Origin: Elusimicrobiota bacterium
GTDB taxonomy: Bacteria > Elusimicrobiota > Elusimicrobia > Elusimicrobiales > UBA9959
Direction: 5' to 3'
Assembly: GCA_036574205.1 (NCBI GenBank)
Contig: JAINCQ010000020.1
Coordinates: 26,840-90,839 of the forward strand
Length of the DNA: 64,000 nucleotides
Shown: positions 49,165-59,248 of the stretch, piece by piece
Layout of the letters: each line of letters opens with the position of its first letter
How positions within the stretch are numbered: the first letter of the stretch is position 1
Position numbers and translations under genes: made by a program
Notes under the pieces: model-generated
The model's input: only the letters and a program-made list of their open reading frames with translations
Told to the model about the DNA's origin: nothing
Databases searched by the model: none

Positions 49165-50050
49165 AACTCTAATAATAACATCAAAGGAAAATTTTAATGA
49201 AATTTCATTTTTTGTACACCAAAAAGGAGCAAAACCAATAATTGCAGTAATATTTTCATCAAATAACATAGATATTGAAAAAACTTTTGTTGATAAAGCT
49301 TATCTGCTTATATCAGATAATATTCTGGATCTGGACGTTAACTCTATTAAAAAAATAATAGATTTTGAAAAACCGTCTTTGATTATATCAGATTCAACTC
49401 TTTTGACAAAGTTTGTTATCGCAAAACTTTCAATAAAATTAGGGTGCGGTGTGCTTACGGATTGTTTTGACTATAAACAGGAAGATAAAGATATAATAGC
49501 CCTTAAATATGCTTATGGATCAGAGGCTGTGGCTAAACTTCGCCTAAGATCTAAAATCAAGATAATAACTCTTTCTAAAAACAAGCTGGATAATCGTATT
49601 TCTGGAGAAAAAAACACAGAGTATCAATATATAACACCTGAATATATGAATCTAATTAAAAAAACTTATCAAGAGCTAAAACAATCAAAATTACCAATAG
49701 ATAAAGCAAATAAGGTTATAGGAATAGGTAGAGGAGTAGATCCACAAGATTTTGAAATCATAAAAGAATTTGCACATAAAATAAATGCCACAATAGGATA
49801 CACCCGCCCTGTTGTTTGCGATGGATTAGGTGATTGTGATTTTCAAATTGGAATAACAGGAAAAATTATTTCACCAAAACTGTATATAGCAATAGGGATA
49901 TCTGGAAAGGAACATCATATAAAGGGGGTGGAAAACGCAAAAACAATAATATCAATAAACAAAGACCCCAACGCCCCTATAAAAGAATATTCCGATTATT
50001 TTATATGCGCTGATTACAAAAAAGTCATTGAGATTTTAAAAGATAATTAG
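49157..50050 (+). CDS. etfA: Electron transfer flavoprotein alpha subunit
   Basis: GRGV, QIGITGK, PKLYIAIGISG, INKDPNAPI. Confidence 0.88.
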   Translation: MNKTLIITSKENFNEISFFVHQKGAKPIIAVIFSSNNIDIEKTFVDKAYLLISDNILDLDVNSIKKIIDFEKPSLIISDSTLLTKFVIAKLSIKLGCGVLTDCFDYKQEDKDIIALKYAYGSEAVAKLRLRSKIKIITLSKNKLDNRISGEKNTEYQYITPEYMNLIKKTYQELKQSKLPIDKANKVIGIGRGVDPQDFEIIKEFAHKINATIGYTRPVVCDGLGDCDFQIGITGKIISPKLYIAIGISGKEHHIKGVENAKTIISINKDPNAPIKEYSDYFICADYKKVIEILKDN

Positions 50051-50161
50051 TTTGACTTATAAATCCATAAAATAAATTTATCTAAAAAATCATTGTAAAA
50101 ACAAACATAATTTAATAAAATCAAATTAGGGAAATATAGTTTATTCTTAAAGGAGAGTTTT

Positions 50162-51517
50162 ATGAAAACAAAAAAACAGGCAATTAAAAAAATATCTAAG
50201 GAAGAACTCATAAAAAAAGCTAATAAACCAGCTGAAGACGCAATGAAGATGCATCCATTTTATAAAGGGAAAATAGAAATAACCCCAAAAGCTTGTATAA
50301 GAGATTATGACGATTTTGCGATATGGTATACACCCGGGGTTGCTGCTGTATGTAAGGATATCCATAAAAATCCTGAAAAAGTATTTGAGCATACAAATAA
50401 AGCCAATACTGTGGCTGTTGTAACAGATGGGACAAGAATTTTGGGTCTTGGTGATATTGGTCCTGAAGCTGGAATGCCAGTTATGGAGGGAAAATCGATG
50501 CTTTTTAAATATCTTGGGGGGGTGGATGCTGTTCCAATATGTCTTAAAACAAAAGATCCAGATGAGATAATTAAAACCGTAATTAATCTAGAGCCATCAT
50601 TTGGTGGAATAAATCTTGAGGACATAGAACAGCCAAAATGTTTTTATATATTGGATGAGTTAAGAAAAAGAATGAATATTCCGGTATGGCATGATGACCA
50701 GCAGGGGACAGCAACCGTTTCTCTTGCAGGACTTATAAACGCTTTAAAAATAGTAAATAAAAAAATATCCGATGTAAAAATAGTTCTTTTAGGTGCTGGA
50801 GCAGCAAATATAAGGATAGGTAGTTTATATATGAAGTATGGTGCTAAACCGGGAAATATAATATATGTTGATTCAAAAGGAACACTTCATAAAGGAAGAA
50901 CCGATCTTCAAAAAAACCGGGAAAAATGGCATATGTGTCAAATAACCAATGAAAACCAGATTGTTGGAACTCTTGAGGATGCGCTTAAAGGAGCGGATGT
51001 GTTAAGCGCCGCTTCCACACCGGGACCTGATGTTATAAGAAAAGAATGGATTGCTAAGATGAATAAAGATGCTATAGTTTTTGCCACAGCAAATCCAATA
51101 CCAGAAATCTGGCCATGGGATGCAAAAGAGGCTGGAGCAAAAGTTGTAGCAACAGGAAGGAGCGATTTTCCAAATCAGGTTAATAACTCTCTTGGATTTC
51201 CAGGAATATTTAGAGGAACTTTAGATGTATACGCAAAGACAATAACCGATGAAATGTGTATTGCCGCTGCCGAAGCTCTTGCAAAATATGCTGAGAAAAA
51301 GGGACTAAACGAAAATTATATAATTCCCACAATGGATGAACCCCAGGTATACATAGAAGAAGCAATAGCTGTAGGGCTTAAAGCAATAGAGCAGCAAATT
51401 GCAAGAATAAAACTCAGTGAAAAAGAGCTTAGAAAATCCGCAGAAGAAAAAATAGAAAGAGCAATAAAAGACACAAAAATAAGGACAGAAAAAGGAATAA
51501 TTAAAAATTATAAATAA
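50162..51517 (+). CDS. NAD(P)-dependent malic enzyme
   Basis: YTPGVA, GLGDIGP, MEGK, NLEDI, HDDQQGTA, GAGAA, ATGRSDFPNQVNN. Confidence 0.95.
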   Translation: MKTKKQAIKKISKEELIKKANKPAEDAMKMHPFYKGKIEITPKACIRDYDDFAIWYTPGVAAVCKDIHKNPEKVFEHTNKANTVAVVTDGTRILGLGDIGPEAGMPVMEGKSMLFKYLGGVDAVPICLKTKDPDEIIKTVINLEPSFGGINLEDIEQPKCFYILDELRKRMNIPVWHDDQQGTATVSLAGLINALKIVNKKISDVKIVLLGAGAANIRIGSLYMKYGAKPGNIIYVDSKGTLHKGRTDLQKNREKWHMCQITNENQIVGTLEDALKGADVLSAASTPGPDVIRKEWIAKMNKDAIVFATANPIPEIWPWDAKEAGAKVVATGRSDFPNQVNNSLGFPGIFRGTLDVYAKTITDEMCIAAAEALAKYAEKKGLNENYIIPTMDEPQVYIEEAIAVGLKAIEQQIARIKLSEKELRKSAEEKIERAIKDTKIRTEKGIIKNYK

Positions 51518-51581
51518 AACGAACAACTTATTTGCTTTTAACAAAAATATTCATATCATTTTTGTATAATATATATTATAA

Positions 51582-51655
51582 GGCACCGTAGCTCAGTTGG
51601 TTAGAGCGGGCGTTTCATAAGCGTCAGGTCGGAGGTTCGATCCCTCCCGGTGCCA
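51582..51655 (+). tRNA. tRNA with CAT anticodon, probably elongator tRNA-Met; CCA not encoded
   Basis: GGCACCG/CGGTGCC stem (G1-C72 paired, so not initiator), loop TTCATAA, T-arm GGAGG-TTCGATC-CCTCC; Ile2 not fully excluded. Confidence 0.9.
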
Positions 51656-51727
51656 GTTATGCTATAATAAACATAGAATACCAAACTGGAGATTTTAAAG
51701 GTATAAGAGGGGTAGAAATAAAGAAAA

Positions 51728-52195
51728 ATGGATGAAATAATACTCACAGAAGAAGGATATAGAAAATTGAGAGAGGAACTTAATAAGTTATATGCTGAAA
51801 AACAGGATATAAATCAGGAACTTCAAGAAACAAGAGAACAGGGAGATTTAAGCGAAAATGCTGGATACCAATATGCAAAAGAAAAACAACTCAGGATTTT
51901 AAGAAGAATTTCAGATCTTGAATTAATGATTAAAAAAGCTAAAATAGTAAATCTTTCTGAGGTTAAAAAAGATGAGGTTAGAATTGGTGCAAAAGTGAAG
52001 ATAATAGATAATGAATCAAAAGAGGAAAAGGTTTATTCTATCGTATCAAGCATCGAATCAGATCCTTTAAATGGAAAGATATCAATAGATTCTCCACTTG
52101 CTAAGGGATTAATTGGAGCTAAAGTAGGAGAGACACGACAAATAATTTTACCAACCGGCAAAAAAGAATTTACAGTGTTAAATATAGAGTACTGA
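51728..52195 (+). CDS. greA: Transcription elongation factor
   Basis: LTEEG, GDLSENAGY, ISIDSPLAKGLIG. Confidence 0.95.
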   Translation: MDEIILTEEGYRKLREELNKLYAEKQDINQELQETREQGDLSENAGYQYAKEKQLRILRRISDLELMIKKAKIVNLSEVKKDEVRIGAKVKIIDNESKEEKVYSIVSSIESDPLNGKISIDSPLAKGLIGAKVGETRQIILPTGKKEFTVLNIEY

Positions 52196-52218
52196 TAATG
52201 ATATAAGAGGAGGAAAAA

Positions 52219-53568
52219 ATGGCTTTCTGGGGACAGAAGAACGAACCTGATAAAACACCAAATCAATCTGATAATATTAATATTTCTAAATATTCTTCAC
52301 TTGAAGAGGCTTATAACGACTTGCTTAATTCAAAGACAAAATCTCCCGCTATAGACCTTGCAATAAAAATGAGTGATATGATATTAGAATATGCGATAAA
52401 AGAAAGAGCTAGCGACATACATATAGAAGGACAGGCTCAAAATCTTAGAGTAAGATTCAGAATAGACGGTATACTTCATGATGCTTTAAATGTTCCTAAA
52501 AATCCTCAACTTCCTTTGACCCAGAGAATAAGAGTCTTAGCCGGTTTTGACCCAGAGCCCCCATCATCATATAGGAATGAAGAAGGTAGATTTCAGAAAA
52601 TAATAAACAACAAAGCAATACAGGTCCGGGTTTCTTCGTTTCCAACTATAAATGGAGAGAAACTTGTTTTAAGGGTTCTTGATAAAGGACAGCTTGGACT
52701 TGATATAGAGCAACTTGGAATGCATGCAGATACATTATCTATTGTTAAAAAAATAATAAGAAACCCTTATGGTATATTCTTTATAACAGGGGCAACTGGT
52801 TCTGGAAAAACTACCACTTTATACGCTATGCTCAAAAACATAAACTCTCCTTCTATAAATATAATAACTCTTGAAGATCCAGTAGAATACAGACTTGAAG
52901 GTATAAATCAGGCTCAGATAAATGTTAAAACTGGATTTACATGGTCTGAAGGACTAAGGACAATTTTAAGACAGGATCCTGATGTTATTATGGTAGGTGA
53001 AATAAGAGATTACGAAACAGCTGAAATAAGCTTAAGAGCAGCTTTAACCGGACATCTTCTTTTTACAACCATACATACCATTAGCGCGCCAAGCACAGTA
53101 GAAAGACTTTTTGAGATGGGGATCCCACCTTTTCTAATGGCTTCTTCAATGATAGGAGCCATGTCTCAAAGGCTTGTAAGAAAGGTATGCCCTAAATGCT
53201 CTAAAAAAGCAGTACCTCCTACTGAGGCAAGCGTAAATGAATTTATAAAAAATATGGATCCATTTGAAGGTAAAATAGTTAAAGAGATGCTACTTCAACC
53301 AAATGCTGAATATCGTGTTGCTAAAGAGGATGGTTGCCCTGAATGCAGAAATACAGGCTATATGGGTAGAACAGGTATATTTGAGCTTATGATAATGAAC
53401 GAAGATATAAGAAAAGAAGTTTTAAATCACGCCACAACTGATATAATCAAGAAAACAGCCATTCAAAGCGGCAAAATGAAAACTCTTCTTATGGATGGTA
53501 TATTAAAAGCGAGAGCTGGTATAACAACTCTGTCTGAAGTAATAAGAGTTACTGCAACAATGGTTTAA
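52219..53568 (+). CDS. PilB/GspE-family secretion/pilus ATPase with short N-terminus
   Basis: ASDIHIE, GATGSGKTTT, TLEDPVE, LRQDPD, TGHLLFTTIH, CPKC...CPEC. Confidence 0.92.
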   Translation: MAFWGQKNEPDKTPNQSDNINISKYSSLEEAYNDLLNSKTKSPAIDLAIKMSDMILEYAIKERASDIHIEGQAQNLRVRFRIDGILHDALNVPKNPQLPLTQRIRVLAGFDPEPPSSYRNEEGRFQKIINNKAIQVRVSSFPTINGEKLVLRVLDKGQLGLDIEQLGMHADTLSIVKKIIRNPYGIFFITGATGSGKTTTLYAMLKNINSPSINIITLEDPVEYRLEGINQAQINVKTGFTWSEGLRTILRQDPDVIMVGEIRDYETAEISLRAALTGHLLFTTIHTISAPSTVERLFEMGIPPFLMASSMIGAMSQRLVRKVCPKCSKKAVPPTEASVNEFIKNMDPFEGKIVKEMLLQPNAEYRVAKEDGCPECRNTGYMGRTGIFELMIMNEDIRKEVLNHATTDIIKKTAIQSGKMKTLLMDGILKARAGITTLSEVIRVTATMV

Positions 53569-53574
53569 TAATCA

Positions 53575-54534
53575 ATGAATCCGGGCGCTGTGCTAAAATT
53601 TGGGGGGAGCTCGCTTGCTAATAGCCAAAAATTAGCTTTTATTGCAAGAAAAATAAAAAAAATAAGCAAAAAATATAAAAAAATTATTATAGTGCTTTCC
53701 GCTCCAGCAAATATAACTGACAATCTTCTTGAACTATCCTCAAAATTCAAACAAATACCATCGGCTACTGATATGCTTATGTCAGCAGGAGAAACAATAA
53801 GCATCTCTATGATGGAGATGGCGCTAAACTCAATAAATGTCAAATCAAAGGCGCTAAATCCTTATCAGGCAGGGATTATCACCGACTCAAAACATCTTGA
53901 CGCAAATATCCTTTATATAAAAAAGGAAGGAATAACCAGGCTTTTAGATAAAAATATTATTCCAGTAATTGCAGGCTTTATAGGCATAAGTGAAAAATTC
54001 GAACTTACCACACTTGGAAGGGGTGGGTCTGATTACACAGCAGTTTATCTTTCCGATGTATTTAAATCAGATTGCTTTTTATATAGTGATATAAAAGGGG
54101 TTTATTCTGCAAATCCTTCCAAAATAGAAAACGCTATTAAGCTTGATGAGATTTCTTATGTTGAACTTTTTGAAATTACAAAGGTTGATTCCTGTGTAAG
54201 ACAAAATAAAGCTATGAGGTATGCGGAAAAGAAAAATATTTCTTTGCATTTAGGTTCTATTTTTAGCAATGAGTCTCCAACTCTTATACGCAAAAAAACA
54301 AGAGAAGATATTAGAATAAAATATCTTTCAATAAACTATGAAGATGAAAAGACAACAATAAATTTTATAGGTGAAAATATTTCAAAAAATAAAAATATAA
54401 TTGATAAAATAAAAAGCAGTTTTAATAAAATAGAGATAGAATCCAATCACAGAATTAAATCAGAATTAAACCGATATATTGAAAAAGAAGAACTCATAAA
54501 AATATATAATTATTTTATTAATCCCAAAAATTAA
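53575..54534 (+). CDS. lysC: Aspartate kinase (short; regulatory ACT region reduced)
   Basis: VLKFGGSS, GE, AGF, TTLGRGGSD, SDIKGVYSANP. Confidence 0.8.
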   Translation: MNPGAVLKFGGSSLANSQKLAFIARKIKKISKKYKKIIIVLSAPANITDNLLELSSKFKQIPSATDMLMSAGETISISMMEMALNSINVKSKALNPYQAGIITDSKHLDANILYIKKEGITRLLDKNIIPVIAGFIGISEKFELTTLGRGGSDYTAVYLSDVFKSDCFLYSDIKGVYSANPSKIENAIKLDEISYVELFEITKVDSCVRQNKAMRYAEKKNISLHLGSIFSNESPTLIRKKTREDIRIKYLSINYEDEKTTINFIGENISKNKNIIDKIKSSFNKIEIESNHRIKSELNRYIEKEELIKIYNYFINPKN

Positions 54535-54629
54535 AACTCTATGTTATACTCCACCAAAAATTAAAAGATAGTTTAATCAAGCATCTAAATTTTAAAATCT
54601 ATAATTAAAGCCAATCAAGTTTTATCTTT

Positions 54630-55988
54630 TTAATTTTTTGCTTTTAAATACATCCCTGATGGTTTTAAAAAAGAAGAATTGTTATAAACTATTTCTCCTC
54701 TAAGAATAGACATTTTGACCTTTCCATAAAGCTCAAAACCTTCATAAACTGAATAATCGCATTTATGATAAAGATTTTTTGCTTTGACTTTAAATTTTTC
54801 ATCTGGATTGAAAACACAAAAATCTGCCCAAAAACCTTTTTTTATCTCTCCTTTACCATAAATTCCAAAGATCTTTGCTGGATTTTTAGAAATCAACTCA
54901 AGCATTTTATAAGTAGATATATATCCCGGTTTTACAACATACGTATATAAAAGTGAAACAAGAAGCTGCGATGAGGCTATACCCATAGGAATTTTAGTAA
55001 GATCATTTTTGAATTTTTCTTTATCCTTAGACATAAAAGCGCAGCTATCAGTGGCAACTGTATCAAAATATTTAAGAAGTTTAAGCATCTTAAGCCTATT
55101 ACTTTCATCTCTTAGAGGAGGGGTAAAAGTAAATAAATATGAGTCTTTTTTCTTATATATAGAGTCATTAAAAACAAAATAATGAGGAGATGTTTCAGCA
55201 AAAATCTCATATCCTCTTTCTTTATACTCTTTTATTATTTCAAAAGACCTGGCTGATGAAATATGAACAAAATAAATCTTTGCTCTAAATTTTTCATTGA
55301 GTTTTAAAAGCTTAAAAATAGCATAATTTTCAGTAAACTCATCTCTTATAATAGGATGAAATTTTATTGATTTTGCATTTTTCCCATACTTAACTAAATT
55401 ATATGATATTAAATCTTCCGACTCAGCATGAACGCATACAACTATTCCAAAACGTTTTGCATTTTCCAGAATAGCTGATATTATAAACTCATCACTCATA
55501 AGTCCGCGTAACTTATAAGCCGTAAATATTTTAATTGATTTTGCTCCAATTTTAGCTATTTTTTCAATTCTTTTTTGAGCTTCTAAAGGTGTTTTTATAT
55601 TCTTAAGAACAAAATGAAAAGAATAATCTGCGTAAGAATCTTTTATCTGAGTTAACCTTTCATTTAAATCTTTTTCAACATCCTTATAATCCCCATCAGT
55701 AAAATCTATATAGGTTGTTATCCCGCCAGAAAGACAAGCTTTTGAACCTGATATGAAATCATCCGAATTAAACTTGTTTTTTTCAATCTTAAGATTGAAA
55801 TGGGTATGAGAATCAATTAAGCCAGGGAAAAGATATAGAGATTTGAGATCCAGAATATTATATCCCTTATAAGAAAAAGATGACCCAACAGAAATCCTCT
55901 CGATCAAACCATTTTTAACAAAAACGTTGCATTTTTTAAATCCACCATCTGTTGCAATGATGGCGTTTTTCAATGCCAATTTTTTCAT
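54630..55988 (-). CDS. Dihydropyrimidinase/hydantoinase-type amidohydrolase
   Basis: PGLIDSHTH, GGITTYIDF, KIF, VHAE, VHIS, ETSPHY, PPLR, NPAKIFG. Confidence 0.85.
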   Translation of the reverse strand: MKKLALKNAIIATDGGFKKCNVFVKNGLIERISVGSSFSYKGYNILDLKSLYLFPGLIDSHTHFNLKIEKNKFNSDDFISGSKACLSGGITTYIDFTDGDYKDVEKDLNERLTQIKDSYADYSFHFVLKNIKTPLEAQKRIEKIAKIGAKSIKIFTAYKLRGLMSDEFIISAILENAKRFGIVVCVHAESEDLISYNLVKYGKNAKSIKFHPIIRDEFTENYAIFKLLKLNEKFRAKIYFVHISSARSFEIIKEYKERGYEIFAETSPHYFVFNDSIYKKKDSYLFTFTPPLRDESNRLKMLKLLKYFDTVATDSCAFMSKDKEKFKNDLTKIPMGIASSQLLVSLLYTYVVKPGYISTYKMLELISKNPAKIFGIYGKGEIKKGFWADFCVFNPDEKFKVKAKNLYHKCDYSVYEGFELYGKVKMSILRGEIVYNNSSFLKPSGMYLKAKN

Positions 55989-56188
55989 TCCTGTTTTTTT
56001 GAAGAAAATAATACCGCAAAACTAACCACAGTAGAACCTATTATAATAAAAGAATAAAGCGCCACAAACCCCCATATTTGATCAAGAGTTGTAAGGGTTT
56101 TAACTGTAAGGTTAAAAAAATGAACAGAGAAAGCGACAGAGACTATCCAGAACACTAAAAAAATAGCTTTAACAATATAACTCACCAT
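55985..56188 (-). CDS. Small two-TM membrane protein
   Basis: Two hydrophobic helices; ATGA overlap with the downstream amidohydrolase. Confidence 0.6.
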   Translation of the reverse strand: MVSYIVKAIFLVFWIVSVAFSVHFFNLTVKTLTTLDQIWGFVALYSFIIIGSTVVSFAVLFSSKKQE

Positions 56189-56235
56189 AATAAAATTTTA
56201 CAATTTTTATAAGCAAAAAAATCAACAGAATATAT

Positions 56236-57147
56236 TTAAATTTTAATTTCACTGCGTTCAAATTTACACAAAATATCTTTTGCTATTAATATATCTTTTT
56301 TGATTCTTGTAATAAGAGTTTTAGCGGAAGAAAATTTTTTTTCATCTCTTATCCTGGAAACAAACTTTATTTCAATATTTTTGCCATATATATCTTTGTT
56401 AAAATCAAATATATGAACCTCACATATAAGAGCATTATTAAGAGTTTTCAATGTTGGCCTTGTCCCTATACTTGCCACTCCGCTATAACTTTTATTTTGA
56501 AGATAAATTTTAACTGCATAAACACCCCTTGGAGTAATTTTTAAGGGATCCGTTTTAAGATTGGCTGTGGGAAACCCTATTTTCTTTCCAACCCCCGCTC
56601 CTTTTACAACAATCCCGCTTAAAGAATACATTCTTCCAAGACATATATTGGCATCCCTGATGTTTCCTTTATGTAAAAAAGACCTTATTAATGAAGAAGA
56701 AACCTTATGTTGATTATATTTAATAAAATCTATAATCTGTAAATCTATTGAATTCTCAATGCAAAAATCAACAAGCCATTTATTATTACCTTCCCTGTTA
56801 TAACCAACTGAAAAATCCTTTCCTACAACTATAAATTTTGGCTTATATTTTCTTATCACATAATCATAAAAAAAACGACTGGCTGATAGATTCCTTATCT
56901 TTTCGGTAAAATCAACTGATTCTACAATATCTATTTTATTTTCATAGATAATTTTTTCTCTTTCTTGAGGAAGAGTTATTAAGTTATTTAATTGCCTTTT
57001 TAAGATACAAAGCCTTGGAGGTATGGGGAAATATATAACAACAGTTTTCAGGTTATGAATAAAAGAATAATTTGTTAAAATAGAAAAAACCTTCTGATGT
57101 CCTAAATGAACTCCATCGTAAGTACCTATAGTTATGGCATATCTCAT
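56236..57147 (-). CDS. ribF: Riboflavin kinase / FAD synthetase
   Basis: GTYDGVHLGH, SSSLIR, GFPTAN, GTRPT, EVHIFDF. Confidence 0.95.
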   Translation of the reverse strand: MRYAITIGTYDGVHLGHQKVFSILTNYSFIHNLKTVVIYFPIPPRLCILKRQLNNLITLPQEREKIIYENKIDIVESVDFTEKIRNLSASRFFYDYVIRKYKPKFIVVGKDFSVGYNREGNNKWLVDFCIENSIDLQIIDFIKYNQHKVSSSLIRSFLHKGNIRDANICLGRMYSLSGIVVKGAGVGKKIGFPTANLKTDPLKITPRGVYAVKIYLQNKSYSGVASIGTRPTLKTLNNALICEVHIFDFNKDIYGKNIEIKFVSRIRDEKKFSSAKTLITRIKKDILIAKDILCKFERSEIKI

Positions 57148-57836
57148 TTTTTTAAAAGACTGACCACACTTTTATAATCCATCTTTTCTATAACGGAAAC
57201 AGATGTTGCCTGTTCCAGTTTGTATTCTCCTATCTCAAGTCTTCTAAGAGACGCAAGCGCGGCCCCACACCCTAAAAGTTGTCCAATATGATGGGCTATA
57301 GAGCGAATATAGGTTCCGCTTGAACATTTTATTTTAAAAGATAAAACGTTTTTGTTAATCTCCCAGGACAACCATTTTATATTCACCATTCTGTTTATAA
57401 CTGGCACAGATTGATTTTTTCTTGCAAGTTTATATAATGTTTCTCCTTTATATTTGACCGCGGAATAAGGGGGAACTCTTTGATGAACATTTCCACTTAA
57501 AAGAGAGATTGCCCAGGTAATATTCTCCTTTTTTATTTTTGAAACTTCATTCTTTTTTAAAATTTTTCCATCCATATCCCAAGTATCGGTTTCTATGCCA
57601 AGATTTATGCTTCCTTCATATACTTTTTCTAATTTAATAAATTCACTCTGTCGCAATGTGTATTTACCAACAAGAATTATAAGTAGCCCAGTTGCAAGAG
57701 GATCAAGCGTTCCAGCATGTCCAACTCTTTGAATATTCAATTTTTTTCTAAATAAATCAACAACATCATGAGATGTAATTCCACCTATTTTGTCAACAAA
57801 GGCTATTCCATAGATATCAATAAAATTCTTTGTCAT
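57144..57836 (-). CDS. truB: tRNA pseudouridine(55) synthase
   Basis: TSHDVV, GHAGTLDPLATG, CSSGTYIRS. Confidence 0.95.
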   Translation of the reverse strand: MTKNFIDIYGIAFVDKIGGITSHDVVDLFRKKLNIQRVGHAGTLDPLATGLLIILVGKYTLRQSEFIKLEKVYEGSINLGIETDTWDMDGKILKKNEVSKIKKENITWAISLLSGNVHQRVPPYSAVKYKGETLYKLARKNQSVPVINRMVNIKWLSWEINKNVLSFKIKCSSGTYIRSIAHHIGQLLGCGAALASLRRLEIGEYKLEQATSVSVIEKMDYKSVVSLLKK

Positions 57837-58843
57837 TTTCGATTTTTCCTTATTTCTCTTAGTATTGCATTAACAAGTTGATTATATTCCATTCTATTTA
57901 TTGATATTTTAAAACCACTTGCATTTTTATGTCCACCGCCGCCAAAAGCCATAGCAACCTTTGCTACATCTATTCCGTTATTTGATCTAAAAGCAACTGA
58001 ATAAGTATTATTAACCTCTTTTATTAGTACAGAAACACCAATATTTTTCAACATCATTGGATAATTGACTATATTCTCACTATCCTGTGGTCCTGCTTTA
58101 AAATCATTAAAATCTTTTTTTGATATTTTCATTATTGCTATACCATCTTTGCTTATAATCAGACTTTCAATGGCTCTTGCAAGAAGCCTGAGATTTTGAT
58201 ATGTTGTCTTCATAAAAAAATTATCATTTATTTTATTAAAATTAAATTTATGACGTAAAAGTTCAGCGGATATAATATGAGTCATAGGATTTGTTTGAGG
58301 ATAGTGAAATCTTCCAGTATCAGTAACTATTCCGCTATAAAGTAATATCGCCATTTTTTTGTTTATAGCAACATTCATTTTTTTAAAGATATACCAGATT
58401 ATTTCAGCTGTAGAGGAGGATTTAAAATCAAGAAGATTTAGATCAGCATACCTTTTTGCTGTTTTATGATGGTCTATGCTTATTGAGGTTTTAAAATTAA
58501 GATTTGAAACTTCAATACCCGATCTAGATGGCACAGAACATTCAAAAAAGACAGCAACATCATAATCTTTCCTCTTTAGAGAATTTTTTACCACCGAAGA
58601 ATGAGGTAAAAATTTTAAATTTTCAGGCAAAGGATCTTTAGAATAAACATCTACTTTTTTGCCTAGACTTTTAAGATAATCATAAAGCGCAAGCATGCTT
58701 CCACAGGCATCGGCATCAGGGGTAAGATGAAGAGTTAAAAAGAAACTCTTATTTTTATTAATTATCTCTTTAAAACACATAATATCCTGAGTTTTTATCA
58801 TACTCATAAAATCCTTTTCTGTGATTTTAAATGTATATTTCAT
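57833..58843 (-). CDS. nrnA: DHH/DHHA1 phosphoesterase (NrnA-like)
   Basis: HLTPDADA, IDHH, TDTGRF, GGGGHKNASG. Confidence 0.9.
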   Translation of the reverse strand: MKYTFKITEKDFMSMIKTQDIMCFKEIINKNKSFFLTLHLTPDADACGSMLALYDYLKSLGKKVDVYSKDPLPENLKFLPHSSVVKNSLKRKDYDVAVFFECSVPSRSGIEVSNLNFKTSISIDHHKTAKRYADLNLLDFKSSSTAEIIWYIFKKMNVAINKKMAILLYSGIVTDTGRFHYPQTNPMTHIISAELLRHKFNFNKINDNFFMKTTYQNLRLLARAIESLIISKDGIAIMKISKKDFNDFKAGPQDSENIVNYPMMLKNIGVSVLIKEVNNTYSVAFRSNNGIDVAKVAMAFGGGGHKNASGFKISINRMEYNQLVNAILREIRKNRK

Positions 58844-58870
58844 TTTAATAAAATTAAGTTTTTGATTTAA

Positions 58871-59248
58871 TCAGATAGAGTTATTTTTATCTGACTCTGC
58901 TTTTATATTTTTTAGTATCTCCTCTATTTTCATGGCTTTTAAAGGAGTCGGATCAAACTTAAAAATTATATTCGGTATAAACCTGGTTCTAATCCTCTTT
59001 CTTATTATTTCTTTTATTTCTGGAGAAATCGAGGAAAAAATGTCCATAAATTTTTCAACTTTTTTCTCTCTTATGCCTTCATCTTCATCAAAAACGGAAA
59101 AAAAAACATAAATTGTCTTTCCGCGCTCGGCAACCTCAAGGTCCGTTAAGGTAAATAATCCAATCTCTTTTAACTCCTCCATATTAGATATGGCAAGGTT
59201 TATTTCATTTAAAAACATTGACTTGAGTTTTTCACTTCTCCAGTTCAT
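58871..59248 (-). CDS. rbfA: Ribosome-binding factor A (divergent)
   Basis: Position after infB; RTRFIPNIIFKFD motif. Confidence 0.75.
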   Translation of the reverse strand: MNWRSEKLKSMFLNEINLAISNMEELKEIGLFTLTDLEVAERGKTIYVFFSVFDEDEGIREKKVEKFMDIFSSISPEIKEIIRKRIRTRFIPNIIFKFDPTPLKAMKIEEILKNIKAESDKNNSI

